Assembly (NCBI GenBank): GCA_027035575.1
Contig: JALVUQ010000048.1
Coordinates: 20,958 to 84,957, forward strand
DNA length: 64,000 bases
Origin: Desulfurellales bacterium
GTDB taxonomy: Bacteria > Campylobacterota_A > Desulfurellia > Desulfurellales > Hippeaceae
Direction of reading: 5' to 3'
Position numbers and translations under genes: made by a program. Positions 31,195 to 44,677 of this stretch are shown one piece after another. Below the pieces are notes generated by a model. That model was not told where the DNA came from, made no database searches, and was given only the letters and a program-made list of their open reading frames with translations. Every line of letters begins with the position of its first letter. Position 1 is the first letter of the stretch.

Positions 31195-32202
31195 TTATAT
31201 CAGTCTGCCGGATAAAAAACCGAATTTTTTAAACGACAGCTCGGTCGCCACTCTGCCTCTCGGGGTTCTTTTTATATAGCCTATCTGCATAAGGTAGGGC
31301 TCAATCACATCCTCTATTGTGTTTTTATCCTCTCCGAGGCTTGCCGCTATGGTCTCAACACCAACCGGTCCGCCGTTGAACTTTTCCAAAACCACACGCA
31401 TATACTTTTTATCAAGATAGTCAAGTCCGCTCTCGTCTATATCCAATATTTTAAGCGTTTTTTCAACAACCGCAGCATCTATCAAAGAGTTATTTTCTAT
31501 CTGGGCCAAATCTCTGACCCTTCTTAAAAGTTTATTTGCCACCCTTGGCGTTCCCCTTGAGCGCTTTGCTATCAGCTGCGCGCTTTTTTTATCTATGTCT
31601 ATGTTTAAAATCGATGCCGAGCGTTCGATTATTGCGGACAAATCGCTAATGGAGTAGAAATCTAACCTTAACACTATACCGAATCTATCGCGCAGAGGGG
31701 ATGTTAACAAACCCATACGTGTTGTGGCGCCGACAAGTGTAAACGGCGGCAAATCTATTCTGATTGTCCTTGCCCCGGGACCCTGCCCCACAACGATATC
31801 GAGCTTAAAGTCCTCCAAAGCCGAATAGAGCGTCTCTTCAACAGCCCTGTTGAGCCTGTGAATCTCGTCTATAAAGATTATATCCTTCTCGCTTAAATTG
31901 GTCAGTATCGCGGCGATGTCACCCACCTTTTCTATGGCAGGACCGCTTGTTGTAATTATATTTGCGCCCATCTCTTTCGCTATGATGTTTGCAAGCGTAG
32001 TCTTGCCCAAACCCGGAGGTCCGTAGAGTATGCAGTGCTCCAAGGTTTCGTTACGCTTTTTCGCCGCCTCAATGGCGAGCTTTAAACTGTCGATAACGCT
32101 TTTTTGTCCTATATACTCATCAAGTCTTGACGGTCTGAGATTAACGCTTGTTTCCGTATTTACATTATCAATCTCAAACCCCATACTTTCTCTTTCTGCC
32201 AT
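31195..32202 (-). CDS. ruvB: Holliday junction branch migration ATPase RuvB
   Basis: 335 aa with [12 protein letters not shown], Walker [19 protein letters not shown] and the [16 protein letters not shown] sensor/arginine region. Confidence 0.96.
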   Translation of the reverse strand: MAERESMGFEIDNVNTETSVNLRPSRLDEYIGQKSVIDSLKLAIEAAKKRNETLEHCILYGPPGLGKTTLANIIAKEMGANIITTSGPAIEKVGDIAAILTNLSEKDIIFIDEIHRLNRAVEETLYSALEDFKLDIVVGQGPGARTIRIDLPPFTLVGATTRMGLLTSPLRDRFGIVLRLDFYSISDLSAIIERSASILNIDIDKKSAQLIAKRSRGTPRVANKLLRRVRDLAQIENNSLIDAAVVEKTLKILDIDESGLDYLDKKYMRVVLEKFNGGPVGVETIAASLGEDKNTIEDVIEPYLMQIGYIKRTPRGRVATELSFKKFGFLSGRLI

Positions 32203-32270
32203 TTACCTTCCAACTTTCGTTTTTTCTTATGCACAAGCAGTTTATATAATTATTTTGAAAGTTGCAAACT

Positions 32271-33212
32271 TTAGGTATTCGCCAGATTATCGATAAGCTT
32301 TATTACACATTCGCTGTCTCTGCATTCGTTCATCATATTTTTAAAAATCTTTGCGTTATTTACGCCCTTTATGTATCGGTGGAAAAATTTTCTGAAATTT
32401 TTCACGGCTGTCTTTTCGCCGTAGTACTCAACCGTAAGCAAAAAGTGCTCCCTTATGAGATTTTTTATAAATACCAAATCCCTCTTTATATCCTTACCAT
32501 TTAGAAGGTCTTCAAAGATATAGGGTTTTTCTATTGCCGCCTGCCCTATCATAAAAAACCCGTCACCGGTAATATTTTTTACTTTCTCAAGTGTTTCCGC
32601 CGAATCTATGCCTCCGTTTACAACAACGTCTATCTTCAGCACTTCTTTAACGGCTGCAATATGCCCATAATCTATCTCTCCTTTAAAAAACTGACTGCGC
32701 AGTCTCGGATGAATGACGATAAAATCGATGCCTCTTTCCTGCAGTTCCTTATAAAAGGCAGTGTCGTTTATGCTCTCACCGTCAAAGCCCTTCCGTAATT
32801 TTATGCTGACCGGTTTTTTTATATGTTTTTTCAGTTTATCTATAATTGCAAAAAGCCGTTTTTTATCCTTTAGAAGATAAGAGCCTGCAAAGGCTTTAAC
32901 GACCTTCGTCACCGGGCAGCCCGCGTTGATATCTATACAGTCACACCTATCTTCCACAGCTTGTGCGGCATACAAAAAAATATCCGGGTCTGAGCCAAAT
33001 AACTGTATTAAAAAGGGTTTTTCAATATCGCTTTTTTGTGTTAATTCGTCTGTTTTTGAGTTTTTGTAATATATCGCATTAACCGAAACAAGTTCGCTGA
33101 CGGTTAAACCGGCTTTGTATCTTTTGCATATATATCTGAAAGGTTTGTCGGTGTAGCCAGCCATAGGAGCTAAGAAGTAGGGTGAATCGACCTCAAGAGA
33201 GCCTAACTTCAT
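32271..33212 (-). CDS. tRNA-dihydrouridine synthase
   Basis: 313 aa with LAPMAGYTDKPFR, DINAGCP and IKLRKG TIM-barrel Dus motifs. Confidence 0.88.
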   Translation of the reverse strand: MKLGSLEVDSPYFLAPMAGYTDKPFRYICKRYKAGLTVSELVSVNAIYYKNSKTDELTQKSDIEKPFLIQLFGSDPDIFLYAAQAVEDRCDCIDINAGCPVTKVVKAFAGSYLLKDKKRLFAIIDKLKKHIKKPVSIKLRKGFDGESINDTAFYKELQERGIDFIVIHPRLRSQFFKGEIDYGHIAAVKEVLKIDVVVNGGIDSAETLEKVKNITGDGFFMIGQAAIEKPYIFEDLLNGKDIKRDLVFIKNLIREHFLLTVEYYGEKTAVKNFRKFFHRYIKGVNNAKIFKNMMNECRDSECVIKLIDNLANT

Positions 33213-34514
33213 CTACCTGTTCATAGACTCCAAAAACTCGACGTTGTTCTTTGTTTTGGAGAGCTTTTCAAGCAGGAAGAGCATAGCATCTATATCGTTC
33301 ATCTCGACAAGTATTTTTCTTAAAATCCAAATTCTGTTTAGGTGTTCTTTTTTAACAAGGAGTTCCTCTTTCCTTGTGCCGGAGCGGGTTACGTCTATTG
33401 CCGGGAATATCCTTCTGTCGGATAAACCTCTGTCCAAATGAAGCTCCATATTACCGGTGCCTTTAAACTCCTCGAAAATAACGTCGTCCATCCTCGAACC
33501 GGTCTCAATAAGAGCCGTTGCCATAATGGTCAAGCTGCCGCCGTCTTCAACGTTCCTTGCAGCTCCGAAAAAGCGTTTCGGTTTTTGAAGTGCGTTTGAA
33601 TCAAGCCCTCCGGAAAGCACCTTACCGCTTGGCGGTATGACGGCATTATAAGCCCTTGCAAGCCTTGTAATGGAATCAAGCAGAATCAACACGTCGTGCC
33701 CCTGCTCCACAAGACGTTTTGCCCGCTCAAGAACAATCTCCGCTACCTGTATATGTCTTTCCGGCGGCTCATCAAACGTCGAGCTTATAACCTCAGCCTC
33801 AACTGAGCGCTTCATATCGGTAACCTCTTCGGGGCGCTCGTCTATTAAAAGCACGATAACAATTATCTCAGGGTGGTTGTATGTTGCGCTGTTGGCTATA
33901 TTCTGCAACAGAACCGTTTTACCTGTTCTCGGTGGCGCAACAATCAATCCCCTCTGCCCTTTTCCTATGGGTGCAATCAAATCCATAACCCTGACGGCAA
34001 GATTCTCTTTTGTTGTCTCAAGTTTGATGCGCTCCATAGGATAGAGAGGAATCAAATCGTCAAAATGCTTTCTTAATTTTGATTTTTCAGGGTCTTGATA
34101 GTTAATCTTCTCTATTTTTAAGAGTGCATAGTACTTCTCATTGTCCTTTGGCTGTCTGACCTGTCCGTAGATAAAATCGCCCGTCCTTAAACCGAATCTT
34201 TTAATTTGGCTTGGTGAAACGTATATATCCTGAGGACCGGAAAGGTAGTTGTTCTTTGAGGAACGCAAAAAACCGAAGCCCTCAGGCAAAATCTCAAGCA
34301 CACCCTCGCCTTTCATAAGGCTGACACCCTTTGGCACATACTCTTTAACCTCTCTATTGTTATTCGTTGTCTCAATATTCTCTTTTTGCCTTTTTAATAT
34401 CTCTTCAATCAATTCACTCTTTCTTTTGACAGTCGTTGGGATTCCGAGGCTTCTTCCTATTTGAGACAACTCCACAAGCTTTTTTTTGCTTAATTCTTCT
34501 CTGTTTTGATACAT
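33213..34514 (-). CDS. rho: Transcription termination factor Rho
   Basis: 433 aa. N-terminal [21 protein letters not shown]-binding GFGFLR, Walker A PPRTGKT, and [31 protein letters not shown]. Confidence 0.97.
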   Translation of the reverse strand: MYQNREELSKKKLVELSQIGRSLGIPTTVKRKSELIEEILKRQKENIETTNNNREVKEYVPKGVSLMKGEGVLEILPEGFGFLRSSKNNYLSGPQDIYVSPSQIKRFGLRTGDFIYGQVRQPKDNEKYYALLKIEKINYQDPEKSKLRKHFDDLIPLYPMERIKLETTKENLAVRVMDLIAPIGKGQRGLIVAPPRTGKTVLLQNIANSATYNHPEIIVIVLLIDERPEEVTDMKRSVEAEVISSTFDEPPERHIQVAEIVLERAKRLVEQGHDVLILLDSITRLARAYNAVIPPSGKVLSGGLDSNALQKPKRFFGAARNVEDGGSLTIMATALIETGSRMDDVIFEEFKGTGNMELHLDRGLSDRRIFPAIDVTRSGTRKEELLVKKEHLNRIWILRKILVEMNDIDAMLFLLEKLSKTKNNVEFLESMNR

Positions 34515-34555
34515 AAATAAAGAACTCCTTATGTTTTTTTGTATAAATTTATAAC

Positions 34556-35287
34556 TTATCTGCTAATTGCGCTTATCTTAACCACTTCCGAATCGTTAAG
34601 CTTATCTGCAACGTCTATGGCAAACCGTTCGGAGAGTTCTATATATCCCTTTATAAACTCAGCCTGAACACTGCAGTAGCGTATAAAATATCTGTTGAGC
34701 ATAACCCTTTCAAATTTTCTGTTGAAAGTAATTTTGGACATACCCCTAAACAGCGCTTTACTTACGGAAAAACTAAACAATACACTATCGACTTTAAATT
34801 TAAATTGAACATCTAATTTTTTATTATATCGTTTCAAAATCCTTTTTGCAAGAGATTTGTAAGAATTATCACAATATATGTCGGCGAGGGTTTCAATGTA
34901 GAAATGCTTAACATTCTTATGTTTTTCCTCCTGCGTCAAAGACGGTATTAAAATCCCATGAGCGGCAGCATCGGCAGCCAAATGAGTCAAATAACCCAAA
35001 GCAAAGGCTTTTTGAGAGTCTGTTGTTGAGCTATTAAGAATATCAAACCCTATATCCCAATTATGAGTGTGCCTTTTGTCTTTGGAGTATTTCTTGCCTA
35101 TAACAAAATCGGGTGCCAATGAGCCGTACAGGTATTCATTTAAATTGGCAAGCAGCATAGACGCCGTTTGAGGATTCAGTTTATCGAGAATATTGATTGA
35201 AACACCTATATGAACACCCGGTCCCCAAGCGTATGCACTATGGGGCATAAATACTAAGAAAAGGATAAAAAGGACAAAATAAATCAT
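34556..35287 (-). CDS. Zinc-dependent phospholipase C-like family protein (secreted or membrane-anchored)
   Basis: I prefer the ATG at 35287. It yields [28 protein letters not shown], a signal peptide followed by the W-x-x-x-H start typical of this family, and later [11 protein letters not shown]. The ORF-track start at 35434 would overlap dnaA. Confidence 0.65.
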   Translation of the reverse strand: MIYFVLFILFLVFMPHSAYAWGPGVHIGVSINILDKLNPQTASMLLANLNEYLYGSLAPDFVIGKKYSKDKRHTHNWDIGFDILNSSTTDSQKAFALGYLTHLAADAAAHGILIPSLTQEEKHKNVKHFYIETLADIYCDNSYKSLAKRILKRYNKKLDVQFKFKVDSVLFSFSVSKALFRGMSKITFNRKFERVMLNRYFIRYCSVQAEFIKGYIELSERFAIDVADKLNDSEVVKISAISR

Positions 35288-35296
35288 AGATACGCA

Positions 35297-35325
35297 ATGA
35301 TAATCTAATAAATCGGCAATGTCAA
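35297..35325 (-). promoter_or_regulatory. Candidate promoter of the PLC-like gene
   Basis: Minus strand TTGACA - 17 nt - TATCAT. Only 9 nt lie between the -10 and the ATG, and there is no Shine-Dalgarno. Confidence 0.35.
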
Positions 35326-35331
35326 TTATAT

Positions 35332-35360
35332 TTGAATAAAAATTATAAATTTCATATAAT
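35332..35360 (+). promoter_or_regulatory. Candidate dnaA promoter
   Basis: TTGAAT - 17 nt - TATAAT (perfect -10). The -10 ends 7 nt before the GTG at 35368. The TTG the ORF track uses as start is this -35 hexamer. Confidence 0.5.
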
Positions 35361-35367
35361 CTTTCTT

Positions 35368-36621
35368 GTGTGGAACGATGTAATAGAACGATTAAGAAAG
35401 GTTGTGGATACGGAAGATTTGGATAAATTATCACTGATTGAACCCGTATCGATAGACCCTCAGAAAATTAGTCTTATCATACCTAACGACGAAATAAAGA
35501 ATCTGATTAAAATAAAATACAAATCAGACCTGCAGAAGATACTAAAAGATATGTTCGGTGCCATACCCGCCATAGAACTGCTTATCAAAAAAGAGGATAC
35601 TTCAAACTTGAACGACAAATACCTTTTTGACAACTTCGTTGTCGGACCAAGCAACCAAATGGCATATGCAGCGAGTTATGCCGTTAGTGAAAACCCCGCC
35701 AAAGCATACAACCCGCTCTTTATTTACGGCGGTGTGGGTCTCGGGAAGACACACCTGCTGCACGCAATAGGCAATACAATGAAAAAGTCGGACAAGAAGC
35801 TAAAAATACTTTACATATCAAGTGAGGAGTTCACAAACGAACTTATCAGTTCCATACAGTATAAAAAAATGAGTCAGTTTAGAAATAAATACAGAAACCT
35901 CGATTGTCTCTTGATAGACGATATTCAATTTATATCCTCAAAAGAAAGAACGGGGGAAGAGTTCTTTCACACATTCAACACGCTGTATGAAGGTCAAAAA
36001 CAGATTGTTATAACAAGCGATAAACCGCCAAACGATATACCGGATATAGAAAACAGGCTTAAATCCCGATTCAGCTGGGGTTTAATAGTCGATATCCAAC
36101 CGCCTGAATTTGAAACGCGCATAGCAATAATCAACAAAAAGGCTGAGCTGTTTAATCTCCGTCTCTCGGATGAGATAACACGATTTATCGCATCAAACAT
36201 AAACTCCAATATCAGAGAAATAGAGGGAGCTCTGATTAAGATATCGGCATACAAATCAATTATGAAAAAAAACATAACACTGAAACTGGTGGCGAGCGTA
36301 CTGCAAGATATTGTAATCAGAAAAGAAAAGATGCTAACGGCAGAAAACATTCAAAAAACCGTCGCGAAACATTTCGGAATAACGGTGGAAGAGATGAAAT
36401 CACCTAAACGTACAAAAGAGATACTCATACCAAGAGAGATAGCAATGTACCTGACAAGAAAGATAACAAAAAACTCTCTCCCCGAAATAAAGGCAAAATT
36501 CGGAATCAAAAGCCACGCAACAATACTGAACGCATATAAAAAGATAGAAAAAGAGATGGAAAAAAACCTTGAACTGAAAGAAAAAGTAGAAAGAATAGAA
36601 AAAGAGATTAAGGATGTTTAA
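35368..36621 (+). CDS. dnaA: Chromosomal replication initiator DnaA
   Basis: Domain I pattern (V/M)WNDVIERLRK...ISLIIPNDEIKNLIKIKY. AAA+ Walker A GGVGLGKTHLLHAIGN, LLIDDIQF, and sensor/box VII-VIII. C-terminal DNA-binding region RTKEILIPREIAMYLTRKIT...GIKSHATILNAYKKI. The start codon is uncertain: GTG at 35368 or TTG at 35332. Confidence 0.93.
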   Translation: MWNDVIERLRKVVDTEDLDKLSLIEPVSIDPQKISLIIPNDEIKNLIKIKYKSDLQKILKDMFGAIPAIELLIKKEDTSNLNDKYLFDNFVVGPSNQMAYAASYAVSENPAKAYNPLFIYGGVGLGKTHLLHAIGNTMKKSDKKLKILYISSEEFTNELISSIQYKKMSQFRNKYRNLDCLLIDDIQFISSKERTGEEFFHTFNTLYEGQKQIVITSDKPPNDIPDIENRLKSRFSWGLIVDIQPPEFETRIAIINKKAELFNLRLSDEITRFIASNINSNIREIEGALIKISAYKSIMKKNITLKLVASVLQDIVIRKEKMLTAENIQKTVAKHFGITVEEMKSPKRTKEILIPREIAMYLTRKITKNSLPEIKAKFGIKSHATILNAYKKIEKEMEKNLELKEKVERIEKEIKDV

Positions 36622-36828
36622 AAAACTTTCAATAATACAAAACAAAAATGTTAAAAATTTATAAAATGACAGAAATAAGAACAGTTATTAACAATTCTAA
36701 CAGACTTATTGACAGAAAAAGAAAAAGAAAAATCCAAACAAAAAAAGAAAAAAACGACGTTTTAACATTTAAACAGGCTTTAATATTACTTCTAAAATAA
36801 GATATAATTAATTAAAAGGAGAGTGAAA
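36622..36828. other. Candidate oriC / DNA-unwinding region in the dnaA-dnaN spacer
   Basis: About 200 bp of very AT-rich non-coding DNA. Two direct TTATTnACA 9-mers (36685-36693 and 36706-36714, 21 bp apart) each differ from the DnaA box TTATCCACA at 2 positions. Immediately after comes (GAAAAA)x3 at 36715-36732, then further A-tracts to about 36754. Also contains a dnaN -10-like TATAAT (36803-36808) and the Shine-Dalgarno. Confidence 0.35.
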
Positions 36829-37931
36829 ATGTCAAAAAGAATCGAAATTAATACAAAACAACTAAAAGATGCAATACAGACAAGCAGCTTTACAGCTTCA
36901 AAGGAAAGAGACAATATCTTATCAAACACGCTAATAGAAATTGAAAACGACACAATGAAAATACTATCCAAAAATCCCACTACAAAATCAATACAAATGA
37001 TAAAAATAGGAGAAAATTTAGAAAAATGTTCCATACTGGTGAATCCAAATACACTGTTTAATATACTCAAAGAATTGGAAGGCGAAACAACACAAATAAC
37101 GATAGATGAAAACAAAGCAACCATAAAAAATAAAAACTTCAAAACAACAATAAAAACAATAAATAAAGAGCTGTATCCTCAAGAGCAGGCTACGGAAAAA
37201 GAATCTATATGCACTCTGAATTTCAACAAGCTAAAGCACCTTATGAAATCTACAATCCCATACCCGGATAAAAACGATATCTCAAGAGAATACACGGGTA
37301 TATTCATAGAAATAAAAGACAATAAACTAAAGGCGACATCCACAGACCACTTCAGGCTGATAAATGTAATAACAGACATAGAGAGCACACAAAAAGACGA
37401 ACAATTTATAATTGAAAATGACGGCGGAAATCTCATCACAAAAGTAGATATGGAAAATGAGGTTAACCTGTATAAAGATTCAAACTCAATAGAACTGAAG
37501 GATTCGGAAAAATCCATAGAATCAAAAATTATAAAAGGCGATTTTCCAAATTACGAAGCAATTCTTTTAAAAGAAGAAGATAGTTACATAACCGTCAATA
37601 GAGATGAATTTCTATCATCAACCAGAAGGGTATCAATAATCGGCACACAGGACGAAATAGAGATAAAAACGAATATACAAAATAAGGAAATGGAAATCAC
37701 ATCACAAAACAGTGAAGGAGAAGAATCAACGGATAAAATAAACATAAACAAAACAAATTCCGAAAATAATATCTCTATAAAACTCAACTCGAAATTTTTA
37801 ATGAACTTTCTATCTCAAATAACAACCGATGATGTATATTTTTACTACAGAAGCGCAGAGGAGCCTATAATGCTTAAAGCTCAAGATGATAATTGCATAT
37901 ACAACTACATAATGACTCCCATAACACAATA

Positions 37932-37932
<1 letters not shown>
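36829..37932 (+). CDS. dnaN: DNA polymerase III beta sliding clamp (divergent)
   Basis: 367 aa, positioned between dnaA and recF. Retained motifs are ATSTDHFRL (ATDGHRL-like), KGDFPNYEAIL, RRVSII, LNSKFLMNFL and the C-terminal YIMTPI. The rest is very K/N/I/E-rich. The ATG at 36829 lies 7 nt after GGAG. Confidence 0.85.
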
Positions 37933-41289
<3,357 letters not shown>

Positions 41290-41301
41290 GAGAGCGGTTT
41301 A

Positions 41302-43743
41302 ATGAAAGATTTGTTTAGTGATAAGAATATAGTGCCGATAGATATAGAAGATACGATGAAACAGTCCTATCTTGACTACTCTATGAGTGTAATTGTAGGG
41401 CGTGCCATACCTGATGCCAAAGACGGATTAAAACCGGTTCACAGGCGTATTTTATATGCTATGAAGGAACTCAACTTAGACCACAATAAGCCCTATAAAA
41501 AAAGTGCCCGTGTAGTCGGTGATGTTATCGGTAAATACCACCCTCACGGAGATATGGCGGTTTATGACGCTTTGGTAAGAATGAGCCAGGATTTTTCAAT
41601 GAGATATCCGCTTATAGACGGACAGGGAAACTTCGGTTCCATAGACGGTGACTCCCCTGCCGCTATGAGATATACCGAGGTGCGGCTCTCCAAAATAGCA
41701 CAAGAGATGCTGAAGGATTTGGATAAAAACAGCGTTGATTTTGCGCCTAATTACGATGAATCTATGAATGAACCGGTAGTGCTTCCGAGTTTTATACCCA
41801 ATATGCTTATGAACGGGTCATCGGGTATTGCCGTTGGTTTTGCAACGAATATCCCCCCTCACAACCTCGGTGAAGTGATTGATGCCTGTTTGGTTTATCT
41901 TGAAAAAGACGGAGAGATTGAGACAGACGAAATTTTGGAATATATAAAGGGTCCAGATTTTCCGACAGGCGCCATCTGTTTTGATAGGAATTCCATTAAA
42001 GAGGCTTATAAAACAGGACTTGGAAAGGTTAGAATCAGAGCAAAGGTTAAGGAAGAAAAACTTAAAAACAGAAATGCTCTTGTGGTTTATGAGATACCAT
42101 ACCAGGTCAATAAAGCCGTTTTAATACAATCAATAGCACAGCTTGCAAAGGATAAAAAGGTTGAGGGTATTATCGATTTAAGGGATGAGTCCAACAAAGA
42201 GGGAATCAGGATAGTGATAGAGTTAAGAAAAGACGAAGAGCCGCAGGTTATCTTAAATAAGTTATTTAAATATACAAACCTTGAAACGACGTTCGGCATA
42301 AATATGTTGGCTTTGGTTGATAATGTTCCTCGTCTTTTAAGTATTAAGGATGCGATAGGTGTTTTTGTATCCCACAGGATTGATGTTGTAAAAAGAAGAA
42401 CGTCGTTTTTATTAAATAAGGCTAAGGATAGGGCTCATATACTTGAGGGTTTGAGGATTACGCTTGATAATATAGACGAGGTTGTAAATATAATACGCTC
42501 TTCAAAAGACACACAAGAGGCAAGAAGACGCTTGAAAGAGAGGTTTTTGTTAAGTGATAAGCAGACGCAGGCAATACTGGATATGAAGCTTGCAAGGCTT
42601 GTTGCCCTTGAAAAGCAGAAAATTATAGATGAATACGAAAACGTTATTAAAGATATAGCCTACTTCGAAAGCATTCTATCAAACAGAGAAATTTTAAAGA
42701 AGGTTATAAAAGACGAGCTGTTGTATGTTAAGGATGCCTATAACGACGAACGCAGGACGCAGATATCGGATAAGCCTAAGGATATAGATATAGAAGATAT
42801 GATAAAAAATGAGAAACTCCTTGTTACCTTCTCCAAAAAAGGCTACATAAAATCCATACCCTCCGATATCTATTCGACACAAAACCGAGGCGGGAAAGGC
42901 AGAATGGCAGCCACTTTTGCAGACAGCGACTATATTGCCGACATATTTTTAACAGAGAGTTTGAATACGCTTTTGTGTTTTGCCAATACAGGAAGGGTTT
43001 ACAAGCTCAAGGCATACAATATACCCAAGCTTTCTCCTTCTGCAAAAGGAAAGCCTATCGTAAACCTGCTTAAATTGCAGCCCGGTGAGCAGATAAAGAC
43101 TATTCTTTCTTTAAGCGACAACGACAGTCTGTTTTTTGTAACGCAGAGGGGTGTTGTGAAAAAATCGTCCGTTGAGCATTTTAAAAATATCAACGTAAAC
43201 GGGAAGATGGCGATAAAGCTGGCAGAGCAGGATTCTCTGGTTAAGGTTTTCGGTGTGAAAAACGATGATGACATAGTTATATCGACAAAAAAGGGTATGA
43301 TTATTCGCTTCGGTGTGGATGAGATTAGGGATATGGGCAGAGGTGCAGCCGGTGTAAGGGGCATCAGGCTCTCCAATGACGATGTTGTCATATCTGCGGA
43401 CAGCTTTAACAGTGAGCGCCATACAAAGATTATTTTTGTAACGGCTAAGGGTATGGCGAAACAGATTACAATAGACAAGGTCAGAAAAATTAAAAGGGGC
43501 GGAAAAGGCGTTAGAGGCATAAAGTTAAACGAGGGGGACTATGTAGCCGACAGTTTGACGTTAAATGACGAAGACGATGTTACGGCAATAACAAAAAACG
43601 GAAAAATTATAAAGGTCGAGGCAAATAACATCAGGGTCACCGGCAGAGCTGCCAAAGGGGTTAAACTGATTAATATAGCAGATGATGATGTTGTTGTAAG
43701 TTTGGCCGTTTCAAAGGAAAATAACGATGAATCCGACGCTTAA
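41302..43743 (+). CDS. gyrA: DNA gyrase subunit A
   Basis: 813 aa. [30 protein letters not shown], the active-site region [10 protein letters not shown], and a C-terminal beta-pinwheel with GyrA-box-like QNRGGKG. Confidence 0.97.
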   Translation: MKDLFSDKNIVPIDIEDTMKQSYLDYSMSVIVGRAIPDAKDGLKPVHRRILYAMKELNLDHNKPYKKSARVVGDVIGKYHPHGDMAVYDALVRMSQDFSMRYPLIDGQGNFGSIDGDSPAAMRYTEVRLSKIAQEMLKDLDKNSVDFAPNYDESMNEPVVLPSFIPNMLMNGSSGIAVGFATNIPPHNLGEVIDACLVYLEKDGEIETDEILEYIKGPDFPTGAICFDRNSIKEAYKTGLGKVRIRAKVKEEKLKNRNALVVYEIPYQVNKAVLIQSIAQLAKDKKVEGIIDLRDESNKEGIRIVIELRKDEEPQVILNKLFKYTNLETTFGINMLALVDNVPRLLSIKDAIGVFVSHRIDVVKRRTSFLLNKAKDRAHILEGLRITLDNIDEVVNIIRSSKDTQEARRRLKERFLLSDKQTQAILDMKLARLVALEKQKIIDEYENVIKDIAYFESILSNREILKKVIKDELLYVKDAYNDERRTQISDKPKDIDIEDMIKNEKLLVTFSKKGYIKSIPSDIYSTQNRGGKGRMAATFADSDYIADIFLTESLNTLLCFANTGRVYKLKAYNIPKLSPSAKGKPIVNLLKLQPGEQIKTILSLSDNDSLFFVTQRGVVKKSSVEHFKNINVNGKMAIKLAEQDSLVKVFGVKNDDDIVISTKKGMIIRFGVDEIRDMGRGAAGVRGIRLSNDDVVISADSFNSERHTKIIFVTAKGMAKQITIDKVRKIKRGGKGVRGIKLNEGDYVADSLTLNDEDDVTAITKNGKIIKVEANNIRVTGRAAKGVKLINIADDDVVVSLAVSKENNDESDA

Positions 43744-44677
43744 ACTTGCCATTAAAAACGATATAAGTTCCGTTGACAAAACGCTTGCAAAAATAATAAA
43801 ACCGGAGAGCAAACTCTCTTTTGATGTCTATAAGCAGGTGATAGACTCAGGTAAGCGGTTAAGACCTTTGATAGTTTTATACTCGGCTTTGTCTTTGGGG
43901 TATGATAAAAAAGACAGCGTCCTGCTTTTGGGGTGTATAGTTGAGTTGATTCATACGGCAAGCCTGCTGCACGACGATATTATAGACGATGCCACATTCA
44001 GGCGCGGAAGGCCCTCGGCAAACAATATATACGGTACAAAACCAGCCGTTTTGGGAGGGGATTATCTCTACTCTCTGGCTTTTAATATGGTTTTGGATTT
44101 CGACGTTGCCGTAGCAAAGGTGATTTCAAAGGCTGCCTATCTGTTGGCGGAGGGGGAAATTAAGGAAATTGAGTGTGCTTTTAAGTCTGATATTAAACAG
44201 GATGAATATTACGATATAATTTATAAAAAAACAGCCGTTTTGCTTGAAGCAAGCAGTATAAGCGGCTCTCTGCTGGCTGACAGCTCATATAAAGATGCGT
44301 TTGAACAATACGGAAAATACTTGGGATTTGCATTTCAAATTAAGGACGATTGTCTTGACTATGAAGCAAAAAGCGAAAGCTTAGGTAAAAATGCCGGCAT
44401 AGATTTGAAGGAGGGTAAAATTACCCTGCCTGTTTTAATTGCCATAAAAAAAGATGCCTCTCTTGCCGTACAAATCGAGCGTTTTTTTAAGGATAAAGAT
44501 GAAGGACTTTTAGAGAATATAATGGACAACGTGCGTAAAAACGGCTTAAAAGATGCCGTTTCGGAGGCTGAAAGATTTGCAGACAAGGCAAAGGAGTCGT
44601 TAAAAGATTTGCCGAGGAACAAGTATAGGGACTATCTTTTGGCAATTGCCGACTATGCGGTGGAGAGAGAAAGATGA
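43727..44677 (+). CDS. Long-chain trans-polyprenyl diphosphate synthase (IspB/HepT-like)
   Basis: 316 aa with first DDxx[19 protein letters not shown] and second DDxx[11 protein letters not shown]. Chain length cannot be determined from sequence. Overlaps gyrA by 17 nt. Confidence 0.85.
   Translation: MNPTLKLAIKNDISSVDKTLAKIIKPESKLSFDVYKQVIDSGKRLRPLIVLYSALSLGYDKKDSVLLLGCIVELIHTASLLHDDIIDDATFRRGRPSANNIYGTKPAVLGGDYLYSLAFNMVLDFDVAVAKVISKAAYLLAEGEIKEIECAFKSDIKQDEYYDIIYKKTAVLLEASSISGSLLADSSYKDAFEQYGKYLGFAFQIKDDCLDYEAKSESLGKNAGIDLKEGKITLPVLIAIKKDASLAVQIERFFKDKDEGLLENIMDNVRKNGLKDAVSEAERFADKAKESLKDLPRNKYRDYLLAIADYAVERER

Noticed and set aside
35332-35434. The ORF track implies a 103-nt overlap between the PLC-like gene (start at 35434) and dnaA (start at 35332). 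Similar long N-terminal extensions appear for ssb, nuoB, envC, recF, the CYTH gene and the beta-helix gene.
   Set aside because: These arise from taking the most upstream start codon. Internal starts with Shine-Dalgarno sites, signal peptides or family-typical N-termini fit better. They are ssb 4605, nuoB 9392, envC 50857, recF 37932, CYTH 57861, beta-helix 58021 and PLC-like 35287.
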